From IMG/VR virus record IMGVR_UViG_3300044726_000110, positions 1 to 52,308 of that record: a stretch of DNA of 52,308 nucleotides. One strand, given 5' to 3'. This document shows, one piece after another, positions 35,296 through 44,316 of this stretch. Made by a program: the position numbers and the translations under genes. Each line of letters starts with the position of its first letter. Position 1 is the stretch's first letter. Origin of the DNA: a virus (Duplodnaviria > Caudoviricetes). The notes under the pieces were generated by a model, which was given only the letters and a program-made list of their open reading frames with translations, had not been told where the DNA came from and searched no databases.

Positions 35296-35751
35296 GTGAG
35301 CTTCGCTTATAACATCGCAAAGTTCAAAGCCCTCACTGGGGCGATGAACCTGGAATCACTCGACGTGCGCATGGCACTCATCAAGGTGCCTGGATCCACG
35401 ACGACGGACACGGAGAAGGACAAGGCCACGCTGTCAGCGTTCACTACGCTGGGTGAGCTTGTCGCGACGAACTACGTACGCAAGGCGCTCGCTGCCGAAG
35501 ATGTGGTACAGGACAACGGCAACAACCGGGCCGAGTTCATGGTGACCACACCGATCACCTGGACATCCCTCGGCGGTGGGGCCAACGATACCATCGGGGC
35601 CGTGCTGGTGTACTGTCACGTTACCAACGATGCCGACTCCTGGCCCATCGCGTACATCGACAACGCCGGGGCTAGCTTTGGGATCACCACGAACGGGTCC
35701 GACTTCAGCGTCAACGTCAATGCTGAAGGACTGCTTCAACTGACAGACTAA
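35296..35751 (+). CDS. virion structural protein
   Basis: AGGAG RBS; typical phage structural pattern (NY.RKAL...ITWTSL...PIAYID...TNGSDF). Confidence 0.7.
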   Translation: MSFAYNIAKFKALTGAMNLESLDVRMALIKVPGSTTTDTEKDKATLSAFTTLGELVATNYVRKALAAEDVVQDNGNNRAEFMVTTPITWTSLGGGANDTIGAVLVYCHVTNDADSWPIAYIDNAGASFGITTNGSDFSVNVNAEGLLQLTD

Positions 35752-36022
35752 GGTAGTGCGCCGTCTTGCACGGCTTGCACGATGCCACCCATACACCATC
35801 GTTGGTCCGTAGGGGCACCAGTCTCGGTGCTACGGCAATGCAGGGATCGAAGTGACACCGGTACCGTTGCCAGTGGAGCGCCCGTGCGAACGTGTCGAAG
35901 AGTGAGAGATATTCCTGGGCGTAGAGCGTATCGCGGCATGAGCGATCATGGAAAAGCTGGTCTACGCGGCGGGGGACAAAGGTCGTTCGGCACTCAGGGC
36001 ATACGCGGGCGTCTAAAGCCAC
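35717..36022 (-). CDS. Zn-finger hypothetical protein
   Basis: CPEC...F.P.R..Q.FH...C. Confidence 0.6.
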   Translation of the reverse strand: MALDARVCPECRTTFVPRRVDQLFHDRSCRDTLYAQEYLSLFDTFARALHWQRYRCHFDPCIAVAPRLVPLRTNDGVWVASCKPCKTAHYLSLSVEAVLQH

Positions 36023-36230
36023 AGGGCGGGCCTCCTTCGGCGTCTAGTAAGGTTCTAGCGCTTCCGGCCACTCCTGTCAACTGGCTGTCGGCAGGGCACA
36101 GAACTCGCGCCCTCGGGGGCAGTACCGGCGACAGGCGATGCATCGTGGATGTGGTGACGCTTTGCTGGGTGACTCGCCTAACCAGCACTCTTTCTCGATC
36201 TTGCAACAGGCGCAGACTTGGACCCGCCAG

Positions 36231-36449
36231 TTAGTTGACGGCGGCATCGAGCACCTCCGCTGGCTGGCTGCCGATGGTGGCGTAGAAGAAGTAGTCGTGA
36301 TCGCGGCCATCTTCCCCGGCGCGGACATGTACGGGTGTGTCGTCGGTGAATCCTTGGTCGTAGGCGTGCCGGAGTATCGATGATAGCTCGCCAATCGTGG
36401 GCGGCGTGGTTGAGTGGAACTCCAGCTTGTGGACGAGTTGGACCTTCAT
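36231..36449 (-). CDS. hypothetical protein
   Basis: ATG 2 nt after upstream stop. Confidence 0.6.
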   Translation of the reverse strand: MKVQLVHKLEFHSTTPPTIGELSSILRHAYDQGFTDDTPVHVRAGEDGRDHDYFFYATIGSQPAEVLDAAVN

Positions 36450-36451
36450 GA

Positions 36452-36691
36452 TTAACCCTTCATCTCTACGCGGCAGACTTCGCAGTGGCTGATGTGTTGG
36501 CCGGGGCCGTGGTCGCGGCTCAGCCAGTAGAGGCCAGACATGTTGTAGATCAGCTCGATGCCGAAGTGGATGCAGAGGAACCAGAAGATGTAGTAGGGCA
36601 TCCGGTCTTGGCGGTAGACGAGCGTGAAGGTGATGATGAGAGCGACGTTGAGGGTGAATCGTACGAGGTGCCACCATGCGCCCTTAGTCAT
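36452..36691 (-). CDS. two-TM membrane protein
   Basis: ATGA overlap; hydrophobic helices. Confidence 0.6.
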   Translation of the reverse strand: MTKGAWWHLVRFTLNVALIITFTLVYRQDRMPYYIFWFLCIHFGIELIYNMSGLYWLSRDHGPGQHISHCEVCRVEMKG

Positions 36692-37200
36692 CGCGGGGCC
36701 ACGGCGTACACGAACTTGGAGATGCTCCACGGGAAGTTCTTGAACCCATAGATCTCGTCCGTGGTGAATTCGGACTGGTAGTCGCCATCCAGGTAGTAGA
36801 TGTGTGCTATTCCAGCGCCGGCAAAGAGTTTGGTGCAATCACCGCAGGGGGCAGTGGTCACGTAGAGTACGCTGCCCAGCGTTGGGATGCCTAGCTTGGC
36901 ACACTGGATGATCACGTTGAGTTCGGCATGAATCGTGCGGCGGCAGTGGCCGTCCCGCATGAGGCATCCTGATTCGTCGCAGTGCAGGCCACCGGGGATG
37001 GATCCGTTGTAGCCGGTAGCGACCATGTGGCGACCCTGCACCAGCACGGCACCCACATGTCTACGTGGACAGGTCGCCCGCTTCGAGACTGCCTCCGCGA
37101 TCTCCATGAAGGTATCGTGGAAGGAAGGACGGGTAGAGAGGCGATGCTCCACATTCACATCCACGTATGGTGCAGCGTCGGTCATAGACTGGTCGGTCAT
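36688..37200 (-). CDS. dCMP deaminase (ComEB-like)
   Basis: RATC.RR.VGAVLV, TGYNG, HAE, PCxxC. Confidence 0.92.
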   Translation of the reverse strand: MTDQSMTDAAPYVDVNVEHRLSTRPSFHDTFMEIAEAVSKRATCPRRHVGAVLVQGRHMVATGYNGSIPGGLHCDESGCLMRDGHCRRTIHAELNVIIQCAKLGIPTLGSVLYVTTAPCGDCTKLFAGAGIAHIYYLDGDYQSEFTTDEIYGFKNFPWSISKFVYAVAPR

Positions 37201-37260
37201 GTGGTTTGACTCCTTGGTGTGATTGGTTGTCGAGGATCCGTTGTTGGCGACGATAGTCCG

Positions 37261-38082
37261 TCATGCGTGGAACTTCGCCTTCCACACGGGGGCGTCGAGG
37301 ACGTTGGTGGGTGCGCTGTACTCGAAGTCCGCGAACAGCATGGGGTAGCGGTCGAAGCAGATCCTTGCAATGCCGTCAGCCACGGCGCGCATTTCTTCCT
37401 CGGCGGCATCGTCGGTCCGCATCGAGATGACGTGACGCAGGGTACGGATGTTTGCCGACCACCCCATCTGCGTTGCCACGCCGTGTGGGAGCCATTTGCG
37501 TAGAGCGGATGTGTAGCGCTTCTTCTTATCGAAGTTCATCTCATCCAGGTGCAGGAGGCTGGTCATGTAGTTGACGTGCGACTGGATGAAGCCGTTGATC
37601 ATCGCAGACTCTTTGAGGAGTTCGGCGCGGACGGCTGGCGTGAGGTCGGTGTCGTTGAACGCCTCGGGATACACGAAGTCCCAATCGTCAAGGCGCACGT
37701 AGCGCATGCTCTCCTGCGAGATCGCCACGCCCACGCGGTGCCGCACCAGTTCGTGGGTCACGACACGGGAGCAGTTGCGGATCACGAAGTTGACTTGTGC
37801 GTGTTCGAGTACGGAGCCGTGGCCGGATTCGAGGATGTTCCACAGGTACTTGGCCTGATCGCTGCGTACGCGGGTGAGGTTCTCGTTGCGGCTCGTATCG
37901 AAGCTGGCGTAGCACAAGCGGCCCATGAACTCGATCAGGTCGTTGAGCGTGGGCGAGGGGAGGTTGTCCCAATGAATGACGGTCGGGGTGTCGTATCCCG
38001 ACTCACGGAGGTACATGCCGATGGCGTGCTTGTCGGGCATCGTTTCCCCGATGAGACGGACGGACGGCTGGACGTACTTCAC
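37261..38082 (-). CDS. thyX: flavin-dependent thymidylate synthase
   Basis: GH.SVLEH, SRVVTHELVRHR, SQESMRYV; GTGA coupling. Confidence 0.95.
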   Translation of the reverse strand: MKYVQPSVRLIGETMPDKHAIGMYLRESGYDTPTVIHWDNLPSPTLNDLIEFMGRLCYASFDTSRNENLTRVRSDQAKYLWNILESGHGSVLEHAQVNFVIRNCSRVVTHELVRHRVGVAISQESMRYVRLDDWDFVYPEAFNDTDLTPAVRAELLKESAMINGFIQSHVNYMTSLLHLDEMNFDKKKRYTSALRKWLPHGVATQMGWSANIRTLRHVISMRTDDAAEEEMRAVADGIARICFDRYPMLFADFEYSAPTNVLDAPVWKAKFHA

Positions 38083-38642
38083 TCGAATGTCTCCAGTGTG
38101 TCGATGATGTCGGCCACGTCCCAAAAGGCGTTCTCGTCCTTGACGTACTTGAAGTCGATATCGGCCTCGGCCAGGATCTCGTTCATGTTCTTGACGGCGG
38201 TGGGGGCGTTCGCATTGTAGCGGTTGCCGGGAAGCAGGAGCAGCACGTCACAGCCCTTATCCGCGAAGTGCTTGGCTTCTTCGAGGACGCCGCTAGAACG
38301 CGTCCAGCCGGGCATGCCGATGATCACGATCTGGTCCATTGCCCCGAAGATGGAGCGGTCCACCTTCATCCAGTATTCGCCGTCAGCGCGGTAGTTGGTG
38401 CGGTTCTCGGTAGTGAGGCCATCCTTGACCTGATCAATGAGGACGGACTCGTACCCGATGGGTGTGTAGAGGAAGTAGGGCAGTGCTACCTGCCACGCGC
38501 TGTACTGGAGGATGGCCGTTTCCTGTAGCACGGTGTCAGTGCGCCACTGGATGAGATCAGCGCGATCCCTGTCGGACCATTCCTCCCACAGTTCGGGGAC
38601 GCCCTTGGGGATCTGGTAGGGACTGGCGACATAGATGTTCAT
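38079..38642 (-). CDS. DUF1937 / nucleoside deoxyribosyltransferase-like protein
   Basis: IYVASPY...W...D...GWTRSSGVLEE. Confidence 0.8.
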   Translation of the reverse strand: MNIYVASPYQIPKGVPELWEEWSDRDRADLIQWRTDTVLQETAILQYSAWQVALPYFLYTPIGYESVLIDQVKDGLTTENRTNYRADGEYWMKVDRSIFGAMDQIVIIGMPGWTRSSGVLEEAKHFADKGCDVLLLLPGNRYNANAPTAVKNMNEILAEADIDFKYVKDENAFWDVADIIDTLETFE

Positions 38643-39031
38643 CGCGTCGCCTCGGTCGGACGCATGCCGGTGGGTTCGGGCGGCGTATGGGCGCTCTGCT
38701 TCATGATGGCGGCGTTGATCTGCTGGCCGCGCTCCTCGGTTACGCATGCCTCGATGAGAACAGCGTAGTTCACGAGGTCACCGATCTTCTCGTCCCACAC
38801 GGCTTGGCTGTGTGACTGCGGCTGTCGGACCATGTCCGCTACGCTGACGATGTGCTTTACCATCATGCCCCACGCGGCCTGTGCTGGCGACTCGCCTTTG
38901 AGGCCACCGGCGGCGTGGAAGTTGTGTAGGCGATCATCGCCGGGTGCGTACTCCTTCGCTTTGGAATCGAGCACCTTGCGGGTAAGCTCGATCCGGCGCT
39001 CTAGTACGTCGGTGAACTCGGAGGGGGTCAT
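38639..39031 (-). CDS. MazG-fold nucleotide-modification-associated (DUF1599-like) protein
   Basis: KAKEY...DRLHNF...KH...KIGDLVNYAVL. Confidence 0.7.
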   Translation of the reverse strand: MTPSEFTDVLERRIELTRKVLDSKAKEYAPGDDRLHNFHAAGGLKGESPAQAAWGMMVKHIVSVADMVRQPQSHSQAVWDEKIGDLVNYAVLIEACVTEERGQQINAAIMKQSAHTPPEPTGMRPTEATR

Positions 39032-40185
39032 GAATCGTCTCCATCTGGCGTTGGGAGCGCGAGGCTCGATACGTACACACGGGAGGAGGGTTCGCCCTCT
39101 TTGTAGGGAACCTCGAATCCGTGCTTGGCGGCTAGGGCAGACAGCGCGACCGTGTCGATCCCGCGCCTGCCCTTGACTGTGCCGTGCTTGACCTTGTAGC
39201 CCTCGGTGTAGAGTTGATAGCCACGGTCAACGGCTGACAGGATCTGGTCCCTGATCTCGCTTTTCTCCGCTCGGAGGGCGGATTCCCTCTCCGATATATC
39301 TCTGTATTGGGCCGCGAGATCGTCGAGGTGCCCTAACATTTTTGGGTTCGGCGGTGCCATCGTTGGGATGGCGTCGAGGTCGATAGTCTCGGACTCGGAC
39401 AGGCCAAGGAAGGCGGGACACTTGCCCTTGAACGGGCACCAGAAGCATTCCGCCTCGCGCCCATTAAAGCTCGGTTTCGGTATCCGACCCTCGTCCATCT
39501 CCTGGATCACTTCGATGTGTATACGGGCGTTGCTGCGCTCGAAGAATTCGTCATCCGGCTCGATGACACGGAAGCAGAAGTGGCTCGTCTCTTTGTTGTA
39601 GGCGCACACGAGTACCCACGACGGGCGGGCGATCCCCTTGGCGAGGACGGCGCGGAACTCGCCCGACTCCCACAGTTCATCCGACTTCACGTCCGAGAGT
39701 GTGTGGATGTACTCTTGTGTTTGGCCGTAATACTTGCGCATGAGGGTGTTCCTCATGTCGAAGCCGCGCTCTGCAAAGATCTTGTAGTTCGTGTTGTTGA
39801 GCGCCTTGGCTTCCAGCACCGCTGTCTCGCCACGGATTAATCGTTCGAGGGCTTCACCCGGTAGCCGCTCGAACAGCCAAGGGGTGATGTTGGCGAGGTC
39901 GCTGATCGCGACGATGGCTCCGTCAGGGTGGCCGGTGCGGTAGGGATCCTCGTGCGCTATCTCTAGCTGGGCGGATCCTGGCATCTCGGTGAAGTAGAGG
40001 TCGAGTCCTTGGTCGGCGCACATCTGCACGATCATGGGTTCCAGCGCCTTGCCGACACGGAACGCTACGTTGTTGTAGTCAGCCACCTTTTCGGTGCCTA
40101 TGAGTTCGTGGTAGATCTCGTGGGAGCACATGTCGCCCCACGACATGCGGACTGCGCCGGTGCCTTTGCGTGGTATAGGTGCCAT
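39028..40185 (-). CDS. Cas4-like PD-(D/E)XK exonuclease with Fe-S cluster
   Basis: N-terminal Cys, GHPDG, LEAK, QxxxY, CFWCPFKGKC. Confidence 0.8.
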   Translation of the reverse strand: MAPIPRKGTGAVRMSWGDMCSHEIYHELIGTEKVADYNNVAFRVGKALEPMIVQMCADQGLDLYFTEMPGSAQLEIAHEDPYRTGHPDGAIVAISDLANITPWLFERLPGEALERLIRGETAVLEAKALNNTNYKIFAERGFDMRNTLMRKYYGQTQEYIHTLSDVKSDELWESGEFRAVLAKGIARPSWVLVCAYNKETSHFCFRVIEPDDEFFERSNARIHIEVIQEMDEGRIPKPSFNGREAECFWCPFKGKCPAFLGLSESETIDLDAIPTMAPPNPKMLGHLDDLAAQYRDISERESALRAEKSEIRDQILSAVDRGYQLYTEGYKVKHGTVKGRRGIDTVALSALAAKHGFEVPYKEGEPSSRVYVSSLALPTPDGDDS

Positions 40186-40186
40186 G

Positions 40187-40462
40187 TTAGTCCACCACGT
40201 TCCCTTCACCGATGGTGCAGTCCGCGATGGAGACATCGAATGCGATCTTCATGTCGCGGACAAGCTGGTGAAAGCGGTTGACGAACCAGTCGGCGTGCGG
40301 TGATGGCGTATCAGCATTATCACCGAACTTGTCTTGGATGGCGCGGATCTTCTTGATGCGCTCGAAGTCGATCACTTTGCACGCGAGGCCAACCTCTGCG
40401 ACGGCGAGCATGTCGGCGGTGAAGCCAGCGGCGTCGGCGGTGCTTATAGGACGTGGTTGCAC
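40187..40462 (-). CDS. hypothetical protein
   Basis: AAGGAG RBS; own promoter. Confidence 0.7.
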   Translation of the reverse strand: MQPRPISTADAAGFTADMLAVAEVGLACKVIDFERIKKIRAIQDKFGDNADTPSPHADWFVNRFHQLVRDMKIAFDVSIADCTIGEGNVVD

Positions 40463-40480
40463 TGGTGTCTCCTTGTCATA

Positions 40481-40509
40481 AGTATACTATGCCGCGAGCG
40501 AGTTGTCAA
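40481..40509 (-). promoter_or_regulatory. sigma70 promoter
   Basis: TTGACA-17 nt-TATACT. Confidence 0.8.
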
Positions 40510-41278
40510 CAGGTCGCCACGTGCTGCGCGGATATGGGTGCTTGTCGGGATCGAATCCCTTGACCGTTCCCCACGATTGTCCGAACTCGAAATCCACGAA
40601 CACGGGAACCTTGAGGGTGACGGCGCTTGCCATGATAGCGGGGATGGTTTCCGCGAGCCACTGCACTTCGCCGTCCGGTGCCTCTATGACTATCTCGTCG
40701 TGGACAAGCGCTATGATTTTGCTAGCGCAGTTACTAGCCTTCATGAAGCGGTACACACGGAGGGCGGCAGTCTTGAAGTAGTCGGCAGCCGAACCCTGGA
40801 TCGGGTGGTTGATGGCACCGCGCTCAGCCTCGCCGCGCTTCTCGAAATCGCGGGACGTTATGTCGGGGAAGTAGCGCCGCCGCCCCATCATGGTTTCGGC
40901 GTACCCGTTGATCTTGCAGAACTTGATCGTGTCAAGCTGCCACTCGCGCCAGCCGGGGTAGGCATCGTAGACGCCCTTGATGAAGCTGTCGGCTTGCTCA
41001 ATGGTCAGGCCCAAGGTGGGTGTGCGCTTGAGGAGGCCGTGCCCTGCCATGCCGTAGGCTACCCCGAAGTTCACGGTCTTGGCGACGAGGCGCATATCCT
41101 TGCGGCGCTTCACGGTCGGCTCGCCACGGGCTAGTTCGGTGGCGAAGATCTGGCGGATGGTGTTCTCGTGAATGTCCCCGCCCGGTCCAAGTTCGCGGAT
41201 CATGGACTCGTCCCCGCTCAGGTGGGCCGCGATACGCATCTCTATTTGGGACAGGTCGATAGCGCATATCTTACTCAT
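40487..41278 (-). CDS. polA: family A DNA polymerase, C-terminal catalytic half (motifs A, B, C)
   Basis: DLSQIEMR, R..AKTVNFGVAYG, NHPIQGSAAD, VHDE; ATGA coupling and GAGG RBS. Confidence 0.95.
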   Translation of the reverse strand: MSKICAIDLSQIEMRIAAHLSGDESMIRELGPGGDIHENTIRQIFATELARGEPTVKRRKDMRLVAKTVNFGVAYGMAGHGLLKRTPTLGLTIEQADSFIKGVYDAYPGWREWQLDTIKFCKINGYAETMMGRRRYFPDITSRDFEKRGEAERGAINHPIQGSAADYFKTAALRVYRFMKASNCASKIIALVHDEIVIEAPDGEVQWLAETIPAIMASAVTLKVPVFVDFEFGQSWGTVKGFDPDKHPYPRSTWRPVDNSLAA

Positions 41279-41460
41279 GGTGCGTACGGCCCATGCATGT
41301 CCTCTTCGCGAGGCTTGAAATATCCGCAGTTGCAGCACACGACCCCGATGAGCGTCTCCCATAAGAAGAAGCCTTTTAACTTGCCGTGGAAGCAGTGGTA
41401 CGGCGAGTTAACGATGCCGCCGCAGTTGGTTACGCGACGATCAGGTTTGGGTATCGCCAT
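41275..41460 (-). CDS. Cys/His microprotein
   Basis: GAGG RBS; C...HCFH...CCNC. Confidence 0.6.
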   Translation of the reverse strand: MAIPKPDRRVTNCGGIVNSPYHCFHGKLKGFFLWETLIGVVCCNCGYFKPREEDMHGPYAP

Positions 41461-41461
41461 G

Positions 41462-41638
41462 TTAGTCCTCACGTTTCCAAGGCGTGACGCTCCAGCGCTC
41501 GCCTAGATACAACATGTACTCACGGGTAGCACCGCACCAGATGCATCCTTCGATGCCGGTAGTTGTGAAGATGCGGTGGTGTTCGTGGTACTGAGCAGGC
41601 CCGTGGATCCCGAGTTTGCAGAACAGGCGCTTAAACAT
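41462..41638 (-). CDS. DUF1660-like microprotein
   Basis: LFCKLGIH...CIWCG. Confidence 0.6.
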   Translation of the reverse strand: MFKRLFCKLGIHGPAQYHEHHRIFTTTGIEGCIWCGATREYMLYLGERWSVTPWKRED

Positions 41639-41834
41639 TCCAGCCATCCTCTTTGTTGAGTCGTGCAATGATCAGTTCGGCCTCGGCCGCGAGATCTCGT
41701 GGGGCCACCTTGTTGTCGCGGCCAGCGTAGGCGGCGCATTCGTGGTAGCCGTTGTCATCGGCCAGCCGCCACTTGCCGTCCTGCTTCTGCTTCCATGACA
41801 GATCAGTTGCCTTGCAGTGCTTGCAGTCAGGCAC
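41631..41834 (-). CDS. Zn-ribbon microprotein
   Basis: CKHC...W...GKW...HEC. Confidence 0.65.
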   Translation of the reverse strand: MPDCKHCKATDLSWKQKQDGKWRLADDNGYHECAAYAGRDNKVAPRDLAAEAELIIARLNKEDGWNV

Positions 41835-42114
41835 GATCTATCACCCACGGTATGTGTAGGTAGCGCGTGGTGTCATCACGTGGAGTCTGTACGTCTAGCG
41901 GAATCGTGACCCTGCTTCTGAGTATCAGTGCGCCCCATACGTGGATTTGTGCGACCATCACCTCATCCAGGTAGAGGCCGGGTGGTACCTCAAGCCTAAA
42001 GTTACCGGTAACTGTGCCTTGGTCGTTCCTGACGTTATGTACCTTCGGGTTCCACCAGCGATAGACTGGTCGCTCCCTCTTGCCACGGGCCAAGATAACT
42101 TGATGCTCATCCAT
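41827..42114 (-). CDS. hypothetical protein (95 aa)
   Basis: GGAG RBS; overlaps the stop of the polymerase N-half. Confidence 0.65.
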   Translation of the reverse strand: MDEHQVILARGKRERPVYRWWNPKVHNVRNDQGTVTGNFRLEVPPGLYLDEVMVAQIHVWGALILRSRVTIPLDVQTPRDDTTRYLHIPWVIDRA

Positions 42115-43924
42115 TGTCAGGCTCCATTGGTGCAATGAACGCGTTGCGGATGAGTGAGCCATCCACCTCGAAGCTGAGGTCGTCGCGCTTGCGGGCTGGT
42201 ATGTTGGTTTGGTTAGGGTTGGCTGAGGCGAACCGTCCGGTCGCCACCGATGCCTGCTTCACCTCGCTGTGTATGCGACCGGCGTTATCCATCCACTTCG
42301 GGAGTCCCTCGATGTAGGTACCGAACATTTTCTGGATCGCCTTGTAGGTGAGGATGTCACGGACGAGGGGGTTGGCGGAGTACGGTGCGAGGGATACCTT
42401 GTCAGTCGGCATCGCCTTCTGGTTCTTGGTTACGCGGAACGTGGGGATCTGGTGTTCGGTCGGCCACACGTAGAGCGCGTTCTGGACCTGCTGCCAGGAT
42501 CCGGGATTGAAGCGCACACCCTTGTTCTTCTTGTCGGCGGGTGGAGCAAACTCATCTACGACTTCCATGATGCGGGCGTACACTGCCTCTAGGCCGGTGC
42601 GGAGGTTCGCGGCGGCTTCGGTGAGTTCGTTGGGGTCGAACAGCATCCCGTTCCGCTCGACCTCGATGACTACGTCGTTAACGGGCACTTCGAGATCAGC
42701 GTACAAGTCCCACTGGTTACGTTCCTCAAGCAGATGCTTAAGGACGTAGTAGAGGCGCAGCGAAGCGTCGGCATCTTGGGCGGCGTAGGCCACGACTGAG
42801 GGGAAGTCGGCGTCTTGAGCGGCTCGCATATCGACAACGTAGTTACCACTTCGGGGATCCTTTCGCTTGAAGCCTCGATCATAGAAGGTCTTGATCTTCT
42901 GCATCTCGATGCCAGTGGCTAGGTGAAAGCCGTCTTTCAGGCCGAGTGGGTAGTCGCCCGCCACCCACGCCATGAGCATCGTGTCATCCCAATTCTGTAG
43001 GTCGATCCCGTACCCGTGGCAGATGTGTCGCTCGAACTTGGCGTTCGACACGATCTTGAGATGCTCGGTGGACTCTAGCTGTGGCTGGATCATGACCATG
43101 ACCGCTTCGGCTTCTGCGTCATCCTCGAAGGGGTAATACAGGCCGTCGCCGGGATCAGCACAGACACCCAAGCCGATGACCTTCGCGCCGCGCATGCCTT
43201 GGTCGTTGTCATAAATTTCATCACCGCTGTCGTCGGCACCGTTGCCGGTATCGGTTTCAAGGTCGAAGCCGAAGATGGGTGCTTCCACGGCGCGGCGGAT
43301 CTCATCCAGGGTTGCCACGGTGCGGCGGAACGGGAGCGCGTTCGTCTCGTACTTGCCAGTCCGCATAATGTCTACGGCTTTGTGAAGATCCTGCCGGAAC
43401 AGCGGCGTCCAATACTGCGGGTTCTGCTGCACGAATATGGGCTGCACGGTCGGTATGATGTATCGGTCCTTGCCCCATAGGTGGCGCTTGTAAACATTGC
43501 CCCGGATCTGGAGGAGGCCAGCTTCGTCGGGCAGCATCTGCTTGACGGCAGCAGCGCCAATCACGAGGATAACGATTGGATCAACTGTCTCGCCCTCCTC
43601 ATCCAAGTAGGGGCGGCAGATGCGGGCCTCGACGTTGAGGACTTCACGATCCTTGAGGGGGCGGCAGTGGACGATGTTCGTGCGGAAGCAGTCGCGGTCC
43701 ATGTCTACGTGCATCGTGGACAGGTGGTGGGCCAGGATCTGGCCTGTCTCCCCAGCGAGGGGCTTACCGATTTGGTCCTCTCGTACGGCGGGGGCCACGG
43801 AGACGATCATCATGCGGGCATCGTGGTTGCCGTACCCCGGCACCACACGGGTGCGATGCTCACTGAGGGGGCATTTTTTGCAGCCGAGTAGGCCGTCGAG
43901 GAACATCGGTAGTGGTTCACTCAT
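42107..43924 (-). CDS. polA: family A DNA polymerase N-half: family-4 UDG-like domain, 3'-5' exonuclease and thumb
   Basis: CKKC, TNIVHCRP; ExoI FDLET, ExoIII YAAQDA; ATGRFASANPNQTNIP...IRNAFIAP. Confidence 0.93.
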   Translation of the reverse strand: MSEPLPMFLDGLLGCKKCPLSEHRTRVVPGYGNHDARMMIVSVAPAVREDQIGKPLAGETGQILAHHLSTMHVDMDRDCFRTNIVHCRPLKDREVLNVEARICRPYLDEEGETVDPIVILVIGAAAVKQMLPDEAGLLQIRGNVYKRHLWGKDRYIIPTVQPIFVQQNPQYWTPLFRQDLHKAVDIMRTGKYETNALPFRRTVATLDEIRRAVEAPIFGFDLETDTGNGADDSGDEIYDNDQGMRGAKVIGLGVCADPGDGLYYPFEDDAEAEAVMVMIQPQLESTEHLKIVSNAKFERHICHGYGIDLQNWDDTMLMAWVAGDYPLGLKDGFHLATGIEMQKIKTFYDRGFKRKDPRSGNYVVDMRAAQDADFPSVVAYAAQDADASLRLYYVLKHLLEERNQWDLYADLEVPVNDVVIEVERNGMLFDPNELTEAAANLRTGLEAVYARIMEVVDEFAPPADKKNKGVRFNPGSWQQVQNALYVWPTEHQIPTFRVTKNQKAMPTDKVSLAPYSANPLVRDILTYKAIQKMFGTYIEGLPKWMDNAGRIHSEVKQASVATGRFASANPNQTNIPARKRDDLSFEVDGSLIRNAFIAPMEPDNG

Positions 43925-44126
43925 CGTCGTGGCCCCTGATTTTCTCAACTTCTGCAACGATGGCATCACCCGCCGCATTCTCCAGCAGCCACATGCAATC
44001 AATGCATAGATGGATATGACCGGGCTTAGAACCGCCCCAACGACGGCTAACCATTGCATCCACTTGGGCCGAAAGAGTTAGCGTAGCGCGCGGATCAGCG
44101 GGCTGACCACAAATACACTCAGCCAA
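43917..44126 (-). CDS. small Zn-binding protein
   Basis: CICG...HLCIDC. Confidence 0.65.
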   Translation of the reverse strand: MAECICGQPADPRATLTLSAQVDAMVSRRWGGSKPGHIHLCIDCMWLLENAAGDAIVAEVEKIRGHDDE

Positions 44127-44316
44127 TTAGGATCTCCAGCTTCTCGCCGCAGAACGGGCAGTAGGTGACCGGAATCCGTACGATGTCCATACCACCTGGA
44201 TCGGTGGCTACCAGTCGCCAGCTTGTCCATGTTGAATCAAAGGTCAGCCGCAGCGGTTCGTAGATGCCGTCACATATGTGACTGGTCGAGTAGTTGAGTT
44301 CTATTAGGACGCTCAT
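44119..44316 (-). CDS. small Zn-binding protein
   Basis: YCPFCGEKL; ATGA overlap. Confidence 0.65.
   Translation of the reverse strand: MSVLIELNYSTSHICDGIYEPLRLTFDSTWTSWRLVATDPGGMDIVRIPVTYCPFCGEKLEILIG

Noticed and set aside
39028-40185. CRISPR-Cas system
   Set aside because: Solo Cas4-like nuclease typical of phage recombination modules; no other cas genes or array
41279-42106. Group I/II intron or split intein in polA
   Set aside because: Interval is fully occupied by coupled ORFs; no Cys/Ser-start or His-Asn intein ends; no homing endonuclease or RT motifs
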